Positions 38,857 to 49,105 are shown, numbered from the stretch's first letter. The stretch: 51,123 bases of DNA from Candidatus Micrarchaeota archaeon (GCA_021827925.1 JAKATZ010000001.1:1-51123), one strand, 5' to 3'. Notes: a model not told the origin generated them from the sequence alone. Numbers and translations: made by a program.

Positions 38857-39621
38857 ATGACCGAAAAAGCCAAATCAATCATTGCGGTTCCAGCAGGCAG
38901 ACTTACTGATATGGCTTTTCAGAGGCTGCTCAGGGGAGGCGTGCTTTTGGCCGATGCGGTTGATGCGTTCAGGAGAAATGGCGATGACACAAAGCCATTA
39001 TCCACAACGGTAACAGGAGTTTACGCGCAGGTATTCAGTCCAAGAGACACCGTAACCAATCTGTTAATTCCAGAACGCAGGGTCATTGTTGCGATATCCG
39101 GAGATGATTATGTTGTTGATCAGGGACTATTAGGATTCAATCCTGCGACAGGTGAGCTTGTGATCCCGGATGATCCGAAGATTGAAAGAGTAGGAATCAT
39201 AAGGGCTTTTGGAAGCAATGGGGCAGAGATCAGACCGGAAGTCGTGCTTGCTGTCAAAAGAGCAGAGTGGGAGGGAGCAACGCCAGAGGAGATAGTGGCA
39301 AGCGGTAAGATAAGGAAGGCAGTGGTGAAGAGGGGTACGTACGAGAACATAGCAAAAATGTACATAGATCACCACAGCATGCATACAGAGTTAGAGGTGC
39401 GTGGAGGCAAGCTTGAGCCTTACGTGAGGGAGGGATGGGTTGACGGCGCCTTCGATGCAAAGGAGAGTGGCAGGCACCTACAGGAGAACGGGCTTTACGG
39501 GATAAGGGTGATGCAGACCCACTGTGCCGTCTTTGCTGTGCAAGGATGGCAGATGTCCAGCCTTGCCGATCAGACAGGCACTATTTTGGAGCGCGTAGGT
39601 AAGGTTTCTGTGCCGCTGTAG
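38857..39621 (+). CDS. Hypothetical soluble protein
   Basis: 254-aa ORF with protein-like composition; no recognised motif. Confidence 0.7.
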   Translation: MTEKAKSIIAVPAGRLTDMAFQRLLRGGVLLADAVDAFRRNGDDTKPLSTTVTGVYAQVFSPRDTVTNLLIPERRVIVAISGDDYVVDQGLLGFNPATGELVIPDDPKIERVGIIRAFGSNGAEIRPEVVLAVKRAEWEGATPEEIVASGKIRKAVVKRGTYENIAKMYIDHHSMHTELEVRGGKLEPYVREGWVDGAFDAKESGRHLQENGLYGIRVMQTHCAVFAVQGWQMSSLADQTGTILERVGKVSVPL

Positions 39622-39669
39622 TCCAGACGTTTTGAAACCATCACCAATTCGACATGACACCAATAACTG

Positions 39670-39813
39670 CTACTCTCTTTGCAGAGGGTGCGTGCATTTG
39701 TCGCAGTTCGCTTTTATGACTCTGAACGGATAGAATTCCTCCTGTATTGCTGCTATGTGCTCAGGGGAGCACTCGCAGGTACATGGCACTTCGGACTTGC
39801 ATTTTTTGCACAT
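39670..39813 (-). CDS. Small Cys/His-rich putative metal-binding protein, 47 aa (not in ORF track)
   Basis: MCKKCKSEVPCTCECSPEHIAAIQEEFYPFRVIKANCDKCTHPLQRE: CxxC...CxCxC...H...CxxCxH. Confidence 0.55.
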   Translation of the reverse strand: MCKKCKSEVPCTCECSPEHIAAIQEEFYPFRVIKANCDKCTHPLQRE

Positions 39814-39913
39814 TTCAATACCGGATTGTTGACATTGCACTGGATATGCGTTATTGCTTTACGATGTCCCGTCATGTTTGAACATGATGGAAAACAAACC
39901 CTGGGCTCGTAGT

Positions 39914-40033
39914 TGGCGGGGGCGAGATTTGAACACGCGGCCTCTAGATTTCTTAGTCATAGCAAAGAATGCTCATCACTCATTATGCTCGGCATATGAG
40001 TCTAGCGCTCTAACCAGGCTGAGCTACCCCGCC
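39914..40033 (-). tRNA. tRNA with CAT anticodon (probably elongator Met) with 45-nt intron at 37/38 (39950-39994)
   Basis: GGCGGGGTAGCTCAGCCTGGTTAGAGCG-CTAGA-CTCATA[intron]A-TCTAG-AGGCC-GCGTG-TTCAAAT-CTCGC-CCCCGCC-A. Confidence 0.92.
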
Positions 40034-40148
40034 TTAACCCTCATATATCTCCGCTAGTCTTTAATAATGCTTCTCTGCAACAGATCCGATTTGAGCAGGT
40101 GGTATCGGGTATTTAGCTTGTTGCTGCTAAGTTAAAAAATAAGGTAAA

Positions 40149-41678
40149 ATGAAGGGAAAATCCATCTTGTCGGATAGGTATTTTCAGTTCTTGATCATCA
40201 TCGCAGTCATATTCATAGGTTACTGGTCATGGTTCGGCAATTATGAATATACGCATTATCTCGATGGGTATTATGACATCGGAATTGAAACATACAGTAC
40301 GTACTGGCATCTGCATCCGATGGCTGAATCGCTTTTGCAATATCTAGTATTTGGAAATCATATTGCACCGTTCAGGGTTTTGCTGCTCCCGATATTCGCA
40401 ATATACCAGCAGCCGGTCACCTTGTTTGCAATACAGGCATCGGCACTAGCGCTTGCCGCGCTGTTTACATACGTAATATGTATTGAGATAACAAAAAGCA
40501 AGAAGATAGGCGCAGCCATAGCCATTGCATTTATGCTGAATCCTGGCGTAGGGGGATTGCTCATATTTGACTTTCACAGTGAGGCGTTCCTGCCCTTGTT
40601 TTACATCATGGCATTCTACTTCTACATAAAAAACAAAAAGCCCTACTTCATCCTAAGTTATCTGCTTCTTATGGGCGTGATGGAAGAATCCCCATTTTTA
40701 GGCGCATCGCTCCTGCTAGGACTCTTCGTCTACGAAGTCTTTCATGGAAATGCGACAGAAGAAAGCAGAGCGAGAAAGGGGTTGCTGTATTACGGCGTTG
40801 TCTTTACTCTGCTGTTTGCTGCAGGATACTATGCAGCAGGGAATTACCTTGTCTCCTCGTATTCAAACGCAGCGCAATCGTCAGTGCCACCCATCCTCAG
40901 GTATGGAAATTTCTTAAACCACGAAGGAGGCATGCTCTCTGCAAGCGGTTCTGCATATTACAATACAACAGAAGTATATTACGCAGGGATAGCCGGGTTG
41001 TTTGTCTTGTTCTTAGGATTCGGGATAACATCATTAAGGAACCCGTTTCTCAGTGTTGTGCTGTACTCCCCATGGATACTGCAGGTATTCATGTTGCATG
41101 ATCTTGTTGCGGCCATATTCTACTTTCAATATTATGCCTATGCTGTTGGGGGAAGCTTCGTTTCGGCTATGCTTGGCTTTATGATACTATCGAAGCGCAG
41201 CGAATCTTTTTGCCACGGACATCACTCCGGTTTTGAAACAAACGAAACTTTTTATTCCGCTTTCATATTTTCAATGGCCATTATGCTATCCTTAATCTTA
41301 GTCTCCAACATATTCGGAAGCGCGCTTATCGTAATAAAGTCAGGTACGACGAATTACAACATCGCAGAGAGTGCACTATCACTAATACCTGCCAATTCGA
41401 GTGTTATGACCGAAACAGCCATTGCAGCGCACCTGTTTTACATTAAAGATCTTGAGCTGCTGCCTTCGTATTATGACCCAAGCCCTTTTGTGCCGAAAAA
41501 CAGAGTAATATATTGGTTTAAGCCTGAGTATATAGTGGTTGACAGTAATTTGCCAAATTATGAAGACGCTACGAATTCATCACTGTTTAATCTTAATTCA
41601 TACACTGTGGAGAATTACACAGTATATTACAACAGATCCGGAGTCACCATATTCAAAAGAAAATATGTGGCAAATTAG
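40149..41678 (+). CDS. DUF2079 family multi-TM protein (GT-C-like)
   Basis: YDIG, FGNH.AP, LF.IQA, FDFH.E, FQYYA motifs. Confidence 0.8.
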   Translation: MKGKSILSDRYFQFLIIIAVIFIGYWSWFGNYEYTHYLDGYYDIGIETYSTYWHLHPMAESLLQYLVFGNHIAPFRVLLLPIFAIYQQPVTLFAIQASALALAALFTYVICIEITKSKKIGAAIAIAFMLNPGVGGLLIFDFHSEAFLPLFYIMAFYFYIKNKKPYFILSYLLLMGVMEESPFLGASLLLGLFVYEVFHGNATEESRARKGLLYYGVVFTLLFAAGYYAAGNYLVSSYSNAAQSSVPPILRYGNFLNHEGGMLSASGSAYYNTTEVYYAGIAGLFVLFLGFGITSLRNPFLSVVLYSPWILQVFMLHDLVAAIFYFQYYAYAVGGSFVSAMLGFMILSKRSESFCHGHHSGFETNETFYSAFIFSMAIMLSLILVSNIFGSALIVIKSGTTNYNIAESALSLIPANSSVMTETAIAAHLFYIKDLELLPSYYDPSPFVPKNRVIYWFKPEYIVVDSNLPNYEDATNSSLFNLNSYTVENYTVYYNRSGVTIFKRKYVAN

Positions 41679-42409
41679 CCCAGTTCTCTGCCCAGTATGA
41701 ATCGGTAGATAAGTCTTGCAATTCCTGGTATGAACAGGAGTATATCTCTCAACAACCTGCTGTAATTAGTCTTATCCGACCTTTGTTCTACCCATTTGAT
41801 CGGGGTCTCTATGATCTTCAGATTGCTATGGCGTGCAATAAGTATAACTTCAGTGTCCCATACCCAGTGCCGCTCCGTTGACTTTTTGGATAGAACCCTG
41901 AACGCCTTTCTGTTGAATATCCTGAATCCGCATTGATGATCCGTTATTCCGTCAGAAAACATATTACGTATCAGGCCATTGTAGACTATTGAAAATAGCC
42001 TTCTAACTGCGGGCCTCCTTGTTATGCTAGCACGGAGATATCTCGAACCCAGCACTAGATCATATCCTTCCGCTGATTTCGTTATGGCACGCTTGAGGTA
42101 TGGAAGGCTTGGGGCAAGGTCTGCATCGATATAGCAGTAGAGCTTTGACTTGTGCATTGACATAGCATGCATGACATCATAGCCCCTTTCAGCAATATGG
42201 GAGGAGCGTGTGAGAACCACATTCCTGTGATTTTTCATAAACCTTTCAACCACACTTATTGTTGCGTCTTCAGATCCGGCATCTGCAACCACTATCAGGA
42301 ATCTGCCATCAGAGTATATTGATCGCAGTTCTTTCTCTGAATTTAAGAGCATGCTTCCGATATATTTATCTTCATTCAGAGTTGGTATGACAAGCAGGAA
42401 CTCGAACAT
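41675..42409 (-). CDS. Family 2 glycosyltransferase (dolichyl-phosphate hexose transferase-like)
   Basis: IPTLNE, DAGSEDAT, YIDADL, GSRY, TDHQCGFR, WDTE. Confidence 0.92.
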   Translation of the reverse strand: MFEFLLVIPTLNEDKYIGSMLLNSEKELRSIYSDGRFLIVVADAGSEDATISVVERFMKNHRNVVLTRSSHIAERGYDVMHAMSMHKSKLYCYIDADLAPSLPYLKRAITKSAEGYDLVLGSRYLRASITRRPAVRRLFSIVYNGLIRNMFSDGITDHQCGFRIFNRKAFRVLSKKSTERHWVWDTEVILIARHSNLKIIETPIKWVEQRSDKTNYSRLLRDILLFIPGIARLIYRFILGRELG

Positions 42410-42488
42410 TAGGCACCGCCTTGGCTTTGACTCTTTTTATAGAAATGGGCCGTATGGCTACAGCCAAGGAAAGGGATAGATATCAAAT

Positions 42489-43220
42489 TCAATGCCTCAG
42501 TATCGGGAACTTCCGCATGTATGCCTCTGCGGTGAATATGACAAAATAAGGGGCTATCAGCAGTGAGTTCACTATCAGCACAAGGTACATCGACCATGGA
42601 GTTCCTGCAACGAATATTATCGCAAGATCGACAGCGGATACTATGAGAAGGCTGAGAAGCAGCCACTGCACAAAATACTGGGGCTTCTCTGCCATCAACC
42701 TTATGCTGTCGGAAACCGCAGTGATAACGCGCTTTTCGCCCACCACTATTGCGCTTGGGGCATAGAATATCAGAAGCATGCCAAAGAAGCCGGTAATATC
42801 GGTAAGCAACGCCTGAAAACCGAGGTAGTAGCCGATCATGTTTGCCGCAAGAAGTACCAGAGTGTATGCAAGCAGGAGAATGAATACCCTGCTTATGTGC
42901 TTCTCTATCTCCTTGAGCGCTTTGCTTGGCACACGCATGTACGTTCTTCTTGCCTTCACAATCAGGCTTATGGCCACAAATGCAAAGCTCAGGAAGAGGA
43001 GGGAGAAGAAAAGGGATGCGATGATTACTGCGATTCCGGAAATGCTGAGATTGTAGAATATGCTTGCGCTCCTGAGGAATATGGCGCCTGCGCTGATGTA
43101 GGTCGGAAGAGGCGCGATGAGCGGTATTAGGAACGCTATAACGAACGGTATCGAAAACAGGAGGACAAGTTTAAGATTTGCGCCATATGTCTCAAGCGCA
43201 TCCTTTATCAAATTTCCCAT
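42489..43220 (-). CDS. Conserved multi-TM membrane protein
   Basis: About 6 hydrophobic helices; FYAPSAIVV...A..DS pattern. Confidence 0.75.
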   Translation of the reverse strand: MGNLIKDALETYGANLKLVLLFSIPFVIAFLIPLIAPLPTYISAGAIFLRSASIFYNLSISGIAVIIASLFFSLLFLSFAFVAISLIVKARRTYMRVPSKALKEIEKHISRVFILLLAYTLVLLAANMIGYYLGFQALLTDITGFFGMLLIFYAPSAIVVGEKRVITAVSDSIRLMAEKPQYFVQWLLLSLLIVSAVDLAIIFVAGTPWSMYLVLIVNSLLIAPYFVIFTAEAYMRKFPILRH

Positions 43221-43272
43221 AACCGCACACTGCGTATCCTATCTAATGCTTAAAGAAGTAATAAAAGGATAG

Positions 43273-45258
43273 CTATCCGGCGCTTTTATTGTAGGTTCCC
43301 CATGCAGCGTAATAGTTGATCCCGTTGTAAAGGATGAGTGATGCTGGATTTACAGGCACCGGACTTAAGGCAGGAGTTATGATTGCATGCAGATCGTAAA
43401 CGCCGCGCCCGCTGAGTACGATACGGTTAAGATTTACTCCGCATGGATACTGCACAGCGCAGTTTACGGGATTCGCAGTTATGCTCTGGTTTAGTAATCC
43501 GTATATTCCAGTGCTATAATTGCTCATGCCAACTATGGCGAGGTACACTGTGCTGTTTGACAGGTTCTGGTAGCTGATTCTGGCATCGTATAATGTTGTG
43601 CCATTTTGCGTTTTGAGGCTTTGGTTTGAAACCGAGACAGAGAAGCCCCGTAGGTACGAAGCATGCGAAGAAAATACGAGGTATAGCATCAGGGAAATAA
43701 GGGCAATGAACAGGGCATATGAAAGAGCATAGTTGCGCTTCAGGAAAATCTCGAATATCCCTTTGCCTTCCTTTCTTACCGTTTGCAGCGACGCGATAAA
43801 AAGGAATATGAACGAATAGTAGTAAACGGGATTTGAATGGGAGAGAAATAGGAATGGAATGAAGCTTGCAGCGAATATGAGTTCTTTTTTGTTGGTGTAT
43901 AGCAGTAGAAGCAGGAGTATGAGGGATGTGAGCATGAAAAGCTTGGAGAATGTGTTTAGTAGTATTGGATAGTTATGGACAAGGAAGTACCCTATCATCG
44001 CGGCGCCGTTGGGCATCAGGGGGGAGCTTAGCGGCAGGAACACCGCCCTAAAAAATGCAACAGGGTTCAGAAGTATGAAGTAGGAGTTGAGTGCAAGGAA
44101 AACAAGAGCTGCGCCTATAGCATTGTAGGTTCCCCGTTTAATCCCAAGGTTGTTTGCGGAATAAGCGATGAGGAACACAGCAGGCAGCCATAACTCTTCT
44201 TGGATGGAGCAGGCTACGCCCAAGAGAAGGAATGCATACTTGCTCTCTATTTTTGCATATGCAAAAAGTATCACCGCAAGCATTAAATATGTGGTAAGAG
44301 AGGCGACATTGACCAGCATTATGGTTATGAATAAAAGAAGTGCAACGCTGAATTTTGGAAAGCTTGCCGAACGATCCGCCTGGATGAAGTACGCCAAAAC
44401 CAGCAGCAGCAGGAAGGTAAGGGCTGCAGACTGGAGAGGCATGTATACGTTCCTGAGTTCCATGATGTTTTCAGCCCATAGGTAAAACGGAGCTGAAGAT
44501 AGGAAATAAAGGTCAGGATAATCCATTGTGCCGACGATCCTGTTGGTTGTGGTTATGGTTATGCTCGTGTTTGTGGTATTTACAGAGTCTGAAGCGTAAA
44601 GAAGGCCAGATATCGAGCTGTTGTAGGGGTTTATCCCGTGCTGGATTCCCTTTATTGCAGTGTAAGATAGTAGGACCTCGTCGTCCGGATTCGTATAGCC
44701 GCTGAAAGCCAGATGCGATACATAGAAGGTAAGCAATACGGCCAGCAGCGCAACAATTGCGATGCTGCCGTAAAGTGCATGGCCTTGTTTTATCAGATAT
44801 AGGCCCATGTACGAAAGGAACAGGATCAAAGCTGAAAGTAGCGCGTATACAAGGTAGTATGAGATTCCCTTGAGTGCGGTGAGCAGAAAGAATATGGTTA
44901 AGATGGAAGGGCTGTACGCAAACAGCGAAAAGTAGAGCAGTATTAATGCTGCAAAGTAGATATGGCACCCGAGGCCGAAGAGACGGTCCTTTCTGCTATC
45001 GCGATATATCAGGTAGAAAAGAATGAAGAACGTGAATACTACAGAGTACAGGAAGGATATTGCGACTATGCTTTTTGAAAAATAAGAGGAGATATCCCAC
45101 AATAACAGAGAAAGGAATAGGAAAGCAGCGCAAGCGAGCTCCGCGTATGCTATTGCACCCCTGCTTCTAATAAAGAGATTCTGGAGAAAATGGCGGACTG
45201 AATCTACCCGAAAACGCGCCTTCTTGCATTGTAGCAGAAAGATACGGATATTAAGCAA
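43273..45258 (-). CDS. Multi-TM GT-C fold glycosyltransferase-like protein (start uncertain)
   Basis: Many TM helices, loop DDE...G.NPY...MDYP, LLG.ACS..E..W, glycosylation-site-rich C-terminal domain. Confidence 0.7.
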   Translation of the reverse strand: MLNIRIFLLQCKKARFRVDSVRHFLQNLFIRSRGAIAYAELACAAFLFLSLLLWDISSYFSKSIVAISFLYSVVFTFFILFYLIYRDSRKDRLFGLGCHIYFAALILLYFSLFAYSPSILTIFFLLTALKGISYYLVYALLSALILFLSYMGLYLIKQGHALYGSIAIVALLAVLLTFYVSHLAFSGYTNPDDEVLLSYTAIKGIQHGINPYNSSISGLLYASDSVNTTNTSITITTTNRIVGTMDYPDLYFLSSAPFYLWAENIMELRNVYMPLQSAALTFLLLLVLAYFIQADRSASFPKFSVALLLFITIMLVNVASLTTYLMLAVILFAYAKIESKYAFLLLGVACSIQEELWLPAVFLIAYSANNLGIKRGTYNAIGAALVFLALNSYFILLNPVAFFRAVFLPLSSPLMPNGAAMIGYFLVHNYPILLNTFSKLFMLTSLILLLLLLYTNKKELIFAASFIPFLFLSHSNPVYYYSFIFLFIASLQTVRKEGKGIFEIFLKRNYALSYALFIALISLMLYLVFSSHASYLRGFSVSVSNQSLKTQNGTTLYDARISYQNLSNSTVYLAIVGMSNYSTGIYGLLNQSITANPVNCAVQYPCGVNLNRIVLSGRGVYDLHAIITPALSPVPVNPASLILYNGINYYAAWGTYNKSAG

Positions 45259-45318
45259 TGTAGGAGCTTAAGGCCCAAAATAAAAGAAAAGGGCCCAATC
45301 AAACACCATTAGAGACGA

Positions 45319-45708
45319 TTACGGGCAGAGTGACGCACTGAACGTCGTTACTCCAGGCTCTGTGCCAGACTGGAATCCGGCTATAACGTCTATTATATGC
45401 GGCGCGAGTATGTAGAGTATAAGCGCTACAACGCCTGCGACGAGCATTCCCATGCCCCATCCCTGCATTCCAGCCCTAAGGTTTCCTGCAGCAGGAAGGA
45501 AGTGCGCTACAGCGTAGAGTACTCCCCCTAGTATGAAGAGCATCAGAGCAAGTATGCCTATTATGAGGCCTATTGCTTTTATTATACCGCATATGGTGGA
45601 TGTCAGAGTTACTGTTGCAGCTGCGCTGGCGGCAGATACGAAGTAGCTGCTTACCATGCCCGAGATCGCTATCAAGTACATTACAAACCGTATTTTTTGC
45701 AGGTTCAT
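45319..45708 (-). CDS. TrbC/VirB2-like pilin-type small membrane protein
   Basis: Signal-like N-terminus ending AAA, then IC..I.....I...LFILGG.LY and a second Gly-rich TM ending AP.II. Confidence 0.55.
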   Translation of the reverse strand: MNLQKIRFVMYLIAISGMVSSYFVSAASAAATVTLTSTICGIIKAIGLIIGILALMLFILGGVLYAVAHFLPAAGNLRAGMQGWGMGMLVAGVVALILYILAPHIIDVIAGFQSGTEPGVTTFSASLCP

Positions 45709-45812
45709 GTTATCTCCTTTAGAAGAGTGATCTCCATATGGTTTGAAATGCTTTAAATACCTTTTCAGATACCTATAAAAACCATTTTATTTGTGGAAAT
45801 TTAGGAAGAGGG

Positions 45813-46754
45813 TCACTTTACGGATGCTATTATGCCGTCTATGACTCCTTTTACGCCTATGCCGCCTGTTGAACGCACAGTAATCCTGTGACTTAATACC
45901 GGCCTCGCGAGGAATTTTATGTCTTCGCGGCTTACCTCCTTCCTCCCTTCGATCAGCGCCTTTGCCTTGGCGCACTGCATGAATGCTATGTCGGCCCTAG
46001 GACTTGCGCCCATGACAACGTGCATCTCTGTGCGTGTAGCAGCGACAACGCGCGTTATATAAGCCGCCACGTCATCAGGCAGGCTTACGCCTGCGGCTTC
46101 ACGCTGCATTGCAAGTATGTCATCGGTTGAGAGTACCCTGTTTATCCCAGAATATGTGTTGGATTCCTTAAGCCGGAGCATCTGCTGCTCCTCCTCAGGG
46201 CTCGGATAGTCGACATCGATCTTCATCAGGAATCTGTCGGCGAGAACCTTGGGCAATGGCTCAGTGCCCTCGATCTTGAGAGGATTTTGGGTTGCAAAGG
46301 CAGTGAACGGCCTTGGCAGCGCCATAGTCTCACCTCCGGCAGTGACCTGGCGCTCCTCAAGACTCTCGAGAAGGGCGCTCATCGTCTTCGGCTGCGTCCT
46401 GTTTAGCTCGTCTATTAGCAGTATGTTAGTAAAAACTGGGCCCTTGCTGAACTTCACTTCCTTTGATTCGTCAATGTACGTGTATCCAAGTATATCCTTT
46501 GGTTCCAGGTCAGGGGTTCCTTGTATCCTCTTGAAGTCTGCGTTTATCGCCTCTGCGAGTGACTTTGTCATTGTTGTCTTTGCAAGCCCCGGAGCTCCTT
46601 CTAGCAGTACATGGCCATCGGCAATGAGCCCTATAAAGAGCAGCTCAAGGGTTTCGGCCTTTCCTGCTATTCTCTTCCTGAGCTCACGCATCACGCCGCT
46701 ATAGGCCGCGTTGGCATCCATCAATACCACTGATTCCCTTATCTTATCCAGCAA
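45813..46754 (-). CDS. MoxR family AAA+ ATPase
   Basis: GHVLLEGAPGLAKT, RIQGTPDL.P.D, DELNR..PK..SALLE, ATQNP...EGT.PLP...DRF, GASPRA. Confidence 0.95.
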   Translation of the reverse strand: MLDKIRESVVLMDANAAYSGVMRELRKRIAGKAETLELLFIGLIADGHVLLEGAPGLAKTTMTKSLAEAINADFKRIQGTPDLEPKDILGYTYIDESKEVKFSKGPVFTNILLIDELNRTQPKTMSALLESLEERQVTAGGETMALPRPFTAFATQNPLKIEGTEPLPKVLADRFLMKIDVDYPSPEEEQQMLRLKESNTYSGINRVLSTDDILAMQREAAGVSLPDDVAAYITRVVAATRTEMHVVMGASPRADIAFMQCAKAKALIEGRKEVSREDIKFLARPVLSHRITVRSTGGIGVKGVIDGIIASVK

Positions 46755-46799
46755 AAGGTTTATAATATGGCATATAGATATAATTAGAGGTGCTATTCG

Positions 46800-47138
46800 A
46801 TGATAGGCAAAGAGGCTAAGCTTGAGAGGCTTGCCAGCATACCAGAGGTGCTCGAGGTTCTCGAGGCCAGGAAAGAGGGCGGCGAGCTTGGCTACGAACA
46901 GCAGCTTGCCTATGAATACGCAAAGAAATTCTCTAAAGTGGAGGGCAAGGATGCACGCACTATGGGCAAGGAGCTTGAAGAGCTTGGGCTTAGCGCAAAG
47001 ACGGCAGTAGCTATAGTCAACGTAATGCCGCTGGAGATGATGCAGCTTAAGCAGATACTTGCAAATGAGAAGAAGGAAGTGGGAGAGGACGTAGCTGCCA
47101 AGGCAATGGCAGTTATAGAACAGCGCAGGGGAAAGTAA
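46800..47138 (+). CDS. rpoF: DNA-directed RNA polymerase subunit F (Rpo4)
   Basis: MIGKE...SIPEV..L, ELGYEQQ.A.EY..KF, A..IVN.MP; precedes DUF655 as in other archaea. Confidence 0.9.
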   Translation: MIGKEAKLERLASIPEVLEVLEARKEGGELGYEQQLAYEYAKKFSKVEGKDARTMGKELEELGLSAKTAVAIVNVMPLEMMQLKQILANEKKEVGEDVAAKAMAVIEQRRGK

Positions 47139-47162
47139 GGTGCAGCTTCTTGGGGGATATTC

Positions 47163-47747
47163 ATGCAGGAGGGAGAGTACAAGAGAGAGGATCTTGAAGA
47201 ATACGCGCTAGTCCTAGATTACCTTCCTACCGGGAAATCCTTCTCGATAAAATCTGAGCCTGTTGTGCAGATGCTTGGGGAAACAAGGTTTACGCTTCTT
47301 GAGGCAGTGCCAAAGGTACAGGAGATAAAGATTGGCGAGAGGATATACATAGGAAGGGGAGTCAGGGAGAAGATCTCGCTCATACGAGGAAGGCTTAGCT
47401 ATGAAAATCTTACGGAGGGATCCAGGAACGAGCTGCCGAATGCCATAAGCACAGTAATAAAAGGGAACGAGGCGCGCTTTGTCAGCTTCTTCAACAGTGC
47501 ATCGCCGCTAAACATAAGGATGCATTCCCTTGAGCTGCTGCCAGGAGTAGGAAAGAAGCATCTTGAAGCCATACTCGAGGCGAGGGACCAGAAGGACTTC
47601 GAGAGCTTTGCAGACATAGCAGCGAGGGTGCCTCTGCTCCAGGATCCGGTCAAACTTCTTACAGAAAGAGTGCTTATTGAACTGAAAGGGGATACAAGGT
47701 TCTATATACTGGCGAGGCCGCCGCATCTCAAGCATGACTTCGCGTGA
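47163..47747 (+). CDS. DUF655 family RNA-binding protein
   Basis: EEYA.VLDYLP.G, FTLLE, F..FFN.A.P...RMHSLELLPGVGKK. Confidence 0.93.
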   Translation: MQEGEYKREDLEEYALVLDYLPTGKSFSIKSEPVVQMLGETRFTLLEAVPKVQEIKIGERIYIGRGVREKISLIRGRLSYENLTEGSRNELPNAISTVIKGNEARFVSFFNSASPLNIRMHSLELLPGVGKKHLEAILEARDQKDFESFADIAARVPLLQDPVKLLTERVLIELKGDTRFYILARPPHLKHDFA

Positions 47748-47772
47748 ATAAGAAAAGGCTTACCATACGAAT

Positions 47773-48234
47773 TTGCAAGATGTTTTTGTGCAGATAAGGA
47801 TAACAGCAGAGAAAAGAGAGGAGATTAGCAGGGGTATAGAAGCAATAAAGAGCCTTGGCAGCGATAGGCCGTCCTACCTCCCGCTCATCAGGTCCGGCAT
47901 CTCTGCCATCTGCATGGCACTGAGGGGTGGAATTGAAGAGGCACTTTCAAGAAGAATAGCAGGAGAGGGGGGCGGGGCTCTTGAAAAGCTGCGCAGAGGC
48001 GAGTACGGACCCGATGACGCCTTTGCAGACGTTGTGATGTGCTTCAGGAAGGCAGCGGCTGCGGAGCTTAGAAAAGTCGGAAGGAAGCATGGAATGACAA
48101 AGGAAGAAGTAGAAAGGCTTGGCTCGCATCTCAGCTCAATGCTCGATATGGAAGCGAGAGTCGCATGTGAAAATGTCCTAAGGAGGAAGGAAGACCTTGC
48201 ACGCCATGCATCTAAGGAACAGAATAGCCATTGA
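47773..48234 (+). CDS. Hypothetical helical protein
   Basis: 153-aa ORF following DUF655 on the same strand; no motif recognised. Confidence 0.55.
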   Translation: MQDVFVQIRITAEKREEISRGIEAIKSLGSDRPSYLPLIRSGISAICMALRGGIEEALSRRIAGEGGGALEKLRRGEYGPDDAFADVVMCFRKAAAAELRKVGRKHGMTKEEVERLGSHLSSMLDMEARVACENVLRRKEDLARHASKEQNSH

Positions 48235-49105
48235 GCCAAGATCCTGTGAACACCACATTGCTTGGATTCCCGGTTTCCCCATTTCCCGAATAGTCATAGG
48301 TATTTCCGTTCAGAGGCCACCAGCCGAGGAGGTTCTGCAGATTTACAGGCGAACCCCCTATGCCTTCGCTATATAGAGTGGCTATCGCAGTGCCGTCTAG
48401 CGAAGCGTTATAGAATTGCATATTTGAGACCATGCCGTCCATACGCTTGCATGCGCACCATGCCTCCCTTCCTATCTCAAAAGGCTGGCTGGCCCACGAC
48501 CATGCAGTTACGCCGTTTAGGGAGGCCATAGGCTTCCCGTTGATGTAATAAGTCATCGTAAAACCGTTGTAAGTGCCGGCTATGAATACCCACTTGTTCA
48601 GTGGAAAGTATGACGACGAAACATAAATCTGCGCGTTCTGCGCATTGCTGGAACCTTCGCCGATCTGAAAGCCGGCTGTCGAAGAGGTGCGAAAGAGGTG
48701 GAATCCCTGGTAATTGCCCAGGTAGGTGCCCAGTATCATTCCCTGGTCCGTTATCGGCTGGTTTAGATAAACCCACGCTGAGATCGAGAACATAGAGTTT
48801 GAGTTAAGAAGCGCTGATGAGGGTATCTGTATATAGGATCCGATATTTGGATTGAAGCCTGTCACTGTTTCAGGTATTTCACCGTTGCATACTCCCTGCA
48901 AGCTGATATCTTCTAGGCTTTGAGGGCCTTGTGGCCTGTGCACGGAGCACGCGCCAGGAGCCGACCTTGGAGCGAAAGTGAGCGGATTGAAAACCCCAAG
49001 ATAGGAAAGAGCTGCAAGCACTATGGTTATAATAAGCACAGCCCAGCCGTAGGTAAGCAAGTATTCCATCGCCGACTGGGCCTTTTTGCTGCGCAGAATG
49101 CTCAT
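48212..49105 (-). CDS. Class III signal peptide LamG-domain surface protein, copy 3
   Basis: KKAQSAMEYLLTYGWAVLII, FSISAWVY, W.F.AGTYNG...YING, LLGWWPLNG. Confidence 0.9.
   Translation of the reverse strand: MSILRSKKAQSAMEYLLTYGWAVLIITIVLAALSYLGVFNPLTFAPRSAPGACSVHRPQGPQSLEDISLQGVCNGEIPETVTGFNPNIGSYIQIPSSALLNSNSMFSISAWVYLNQPITDQGMILGTYLGNYQGFHLFRTSSTAGFQIGEGSSNAQNAQIYVSSSYFPLNKWVFIAGTYNGFTMTYYINGKPMASLNGVTAWSWASQPFEIGREAWCACKRMDGMVSNMQFYNASLDGTAIATLYSEGIGGSPVNLQNLLGWWPLNGNTYDYSGNGETGNPSNVVFTGSWLNGYSVP

Noticed and set aside
39670..39813. Ribosomal zinc-finger protein (such as L44e or S27) identity for the 47-aa ORF
   Set aside because: Lacks the basic composition and conserved motifs of those families.
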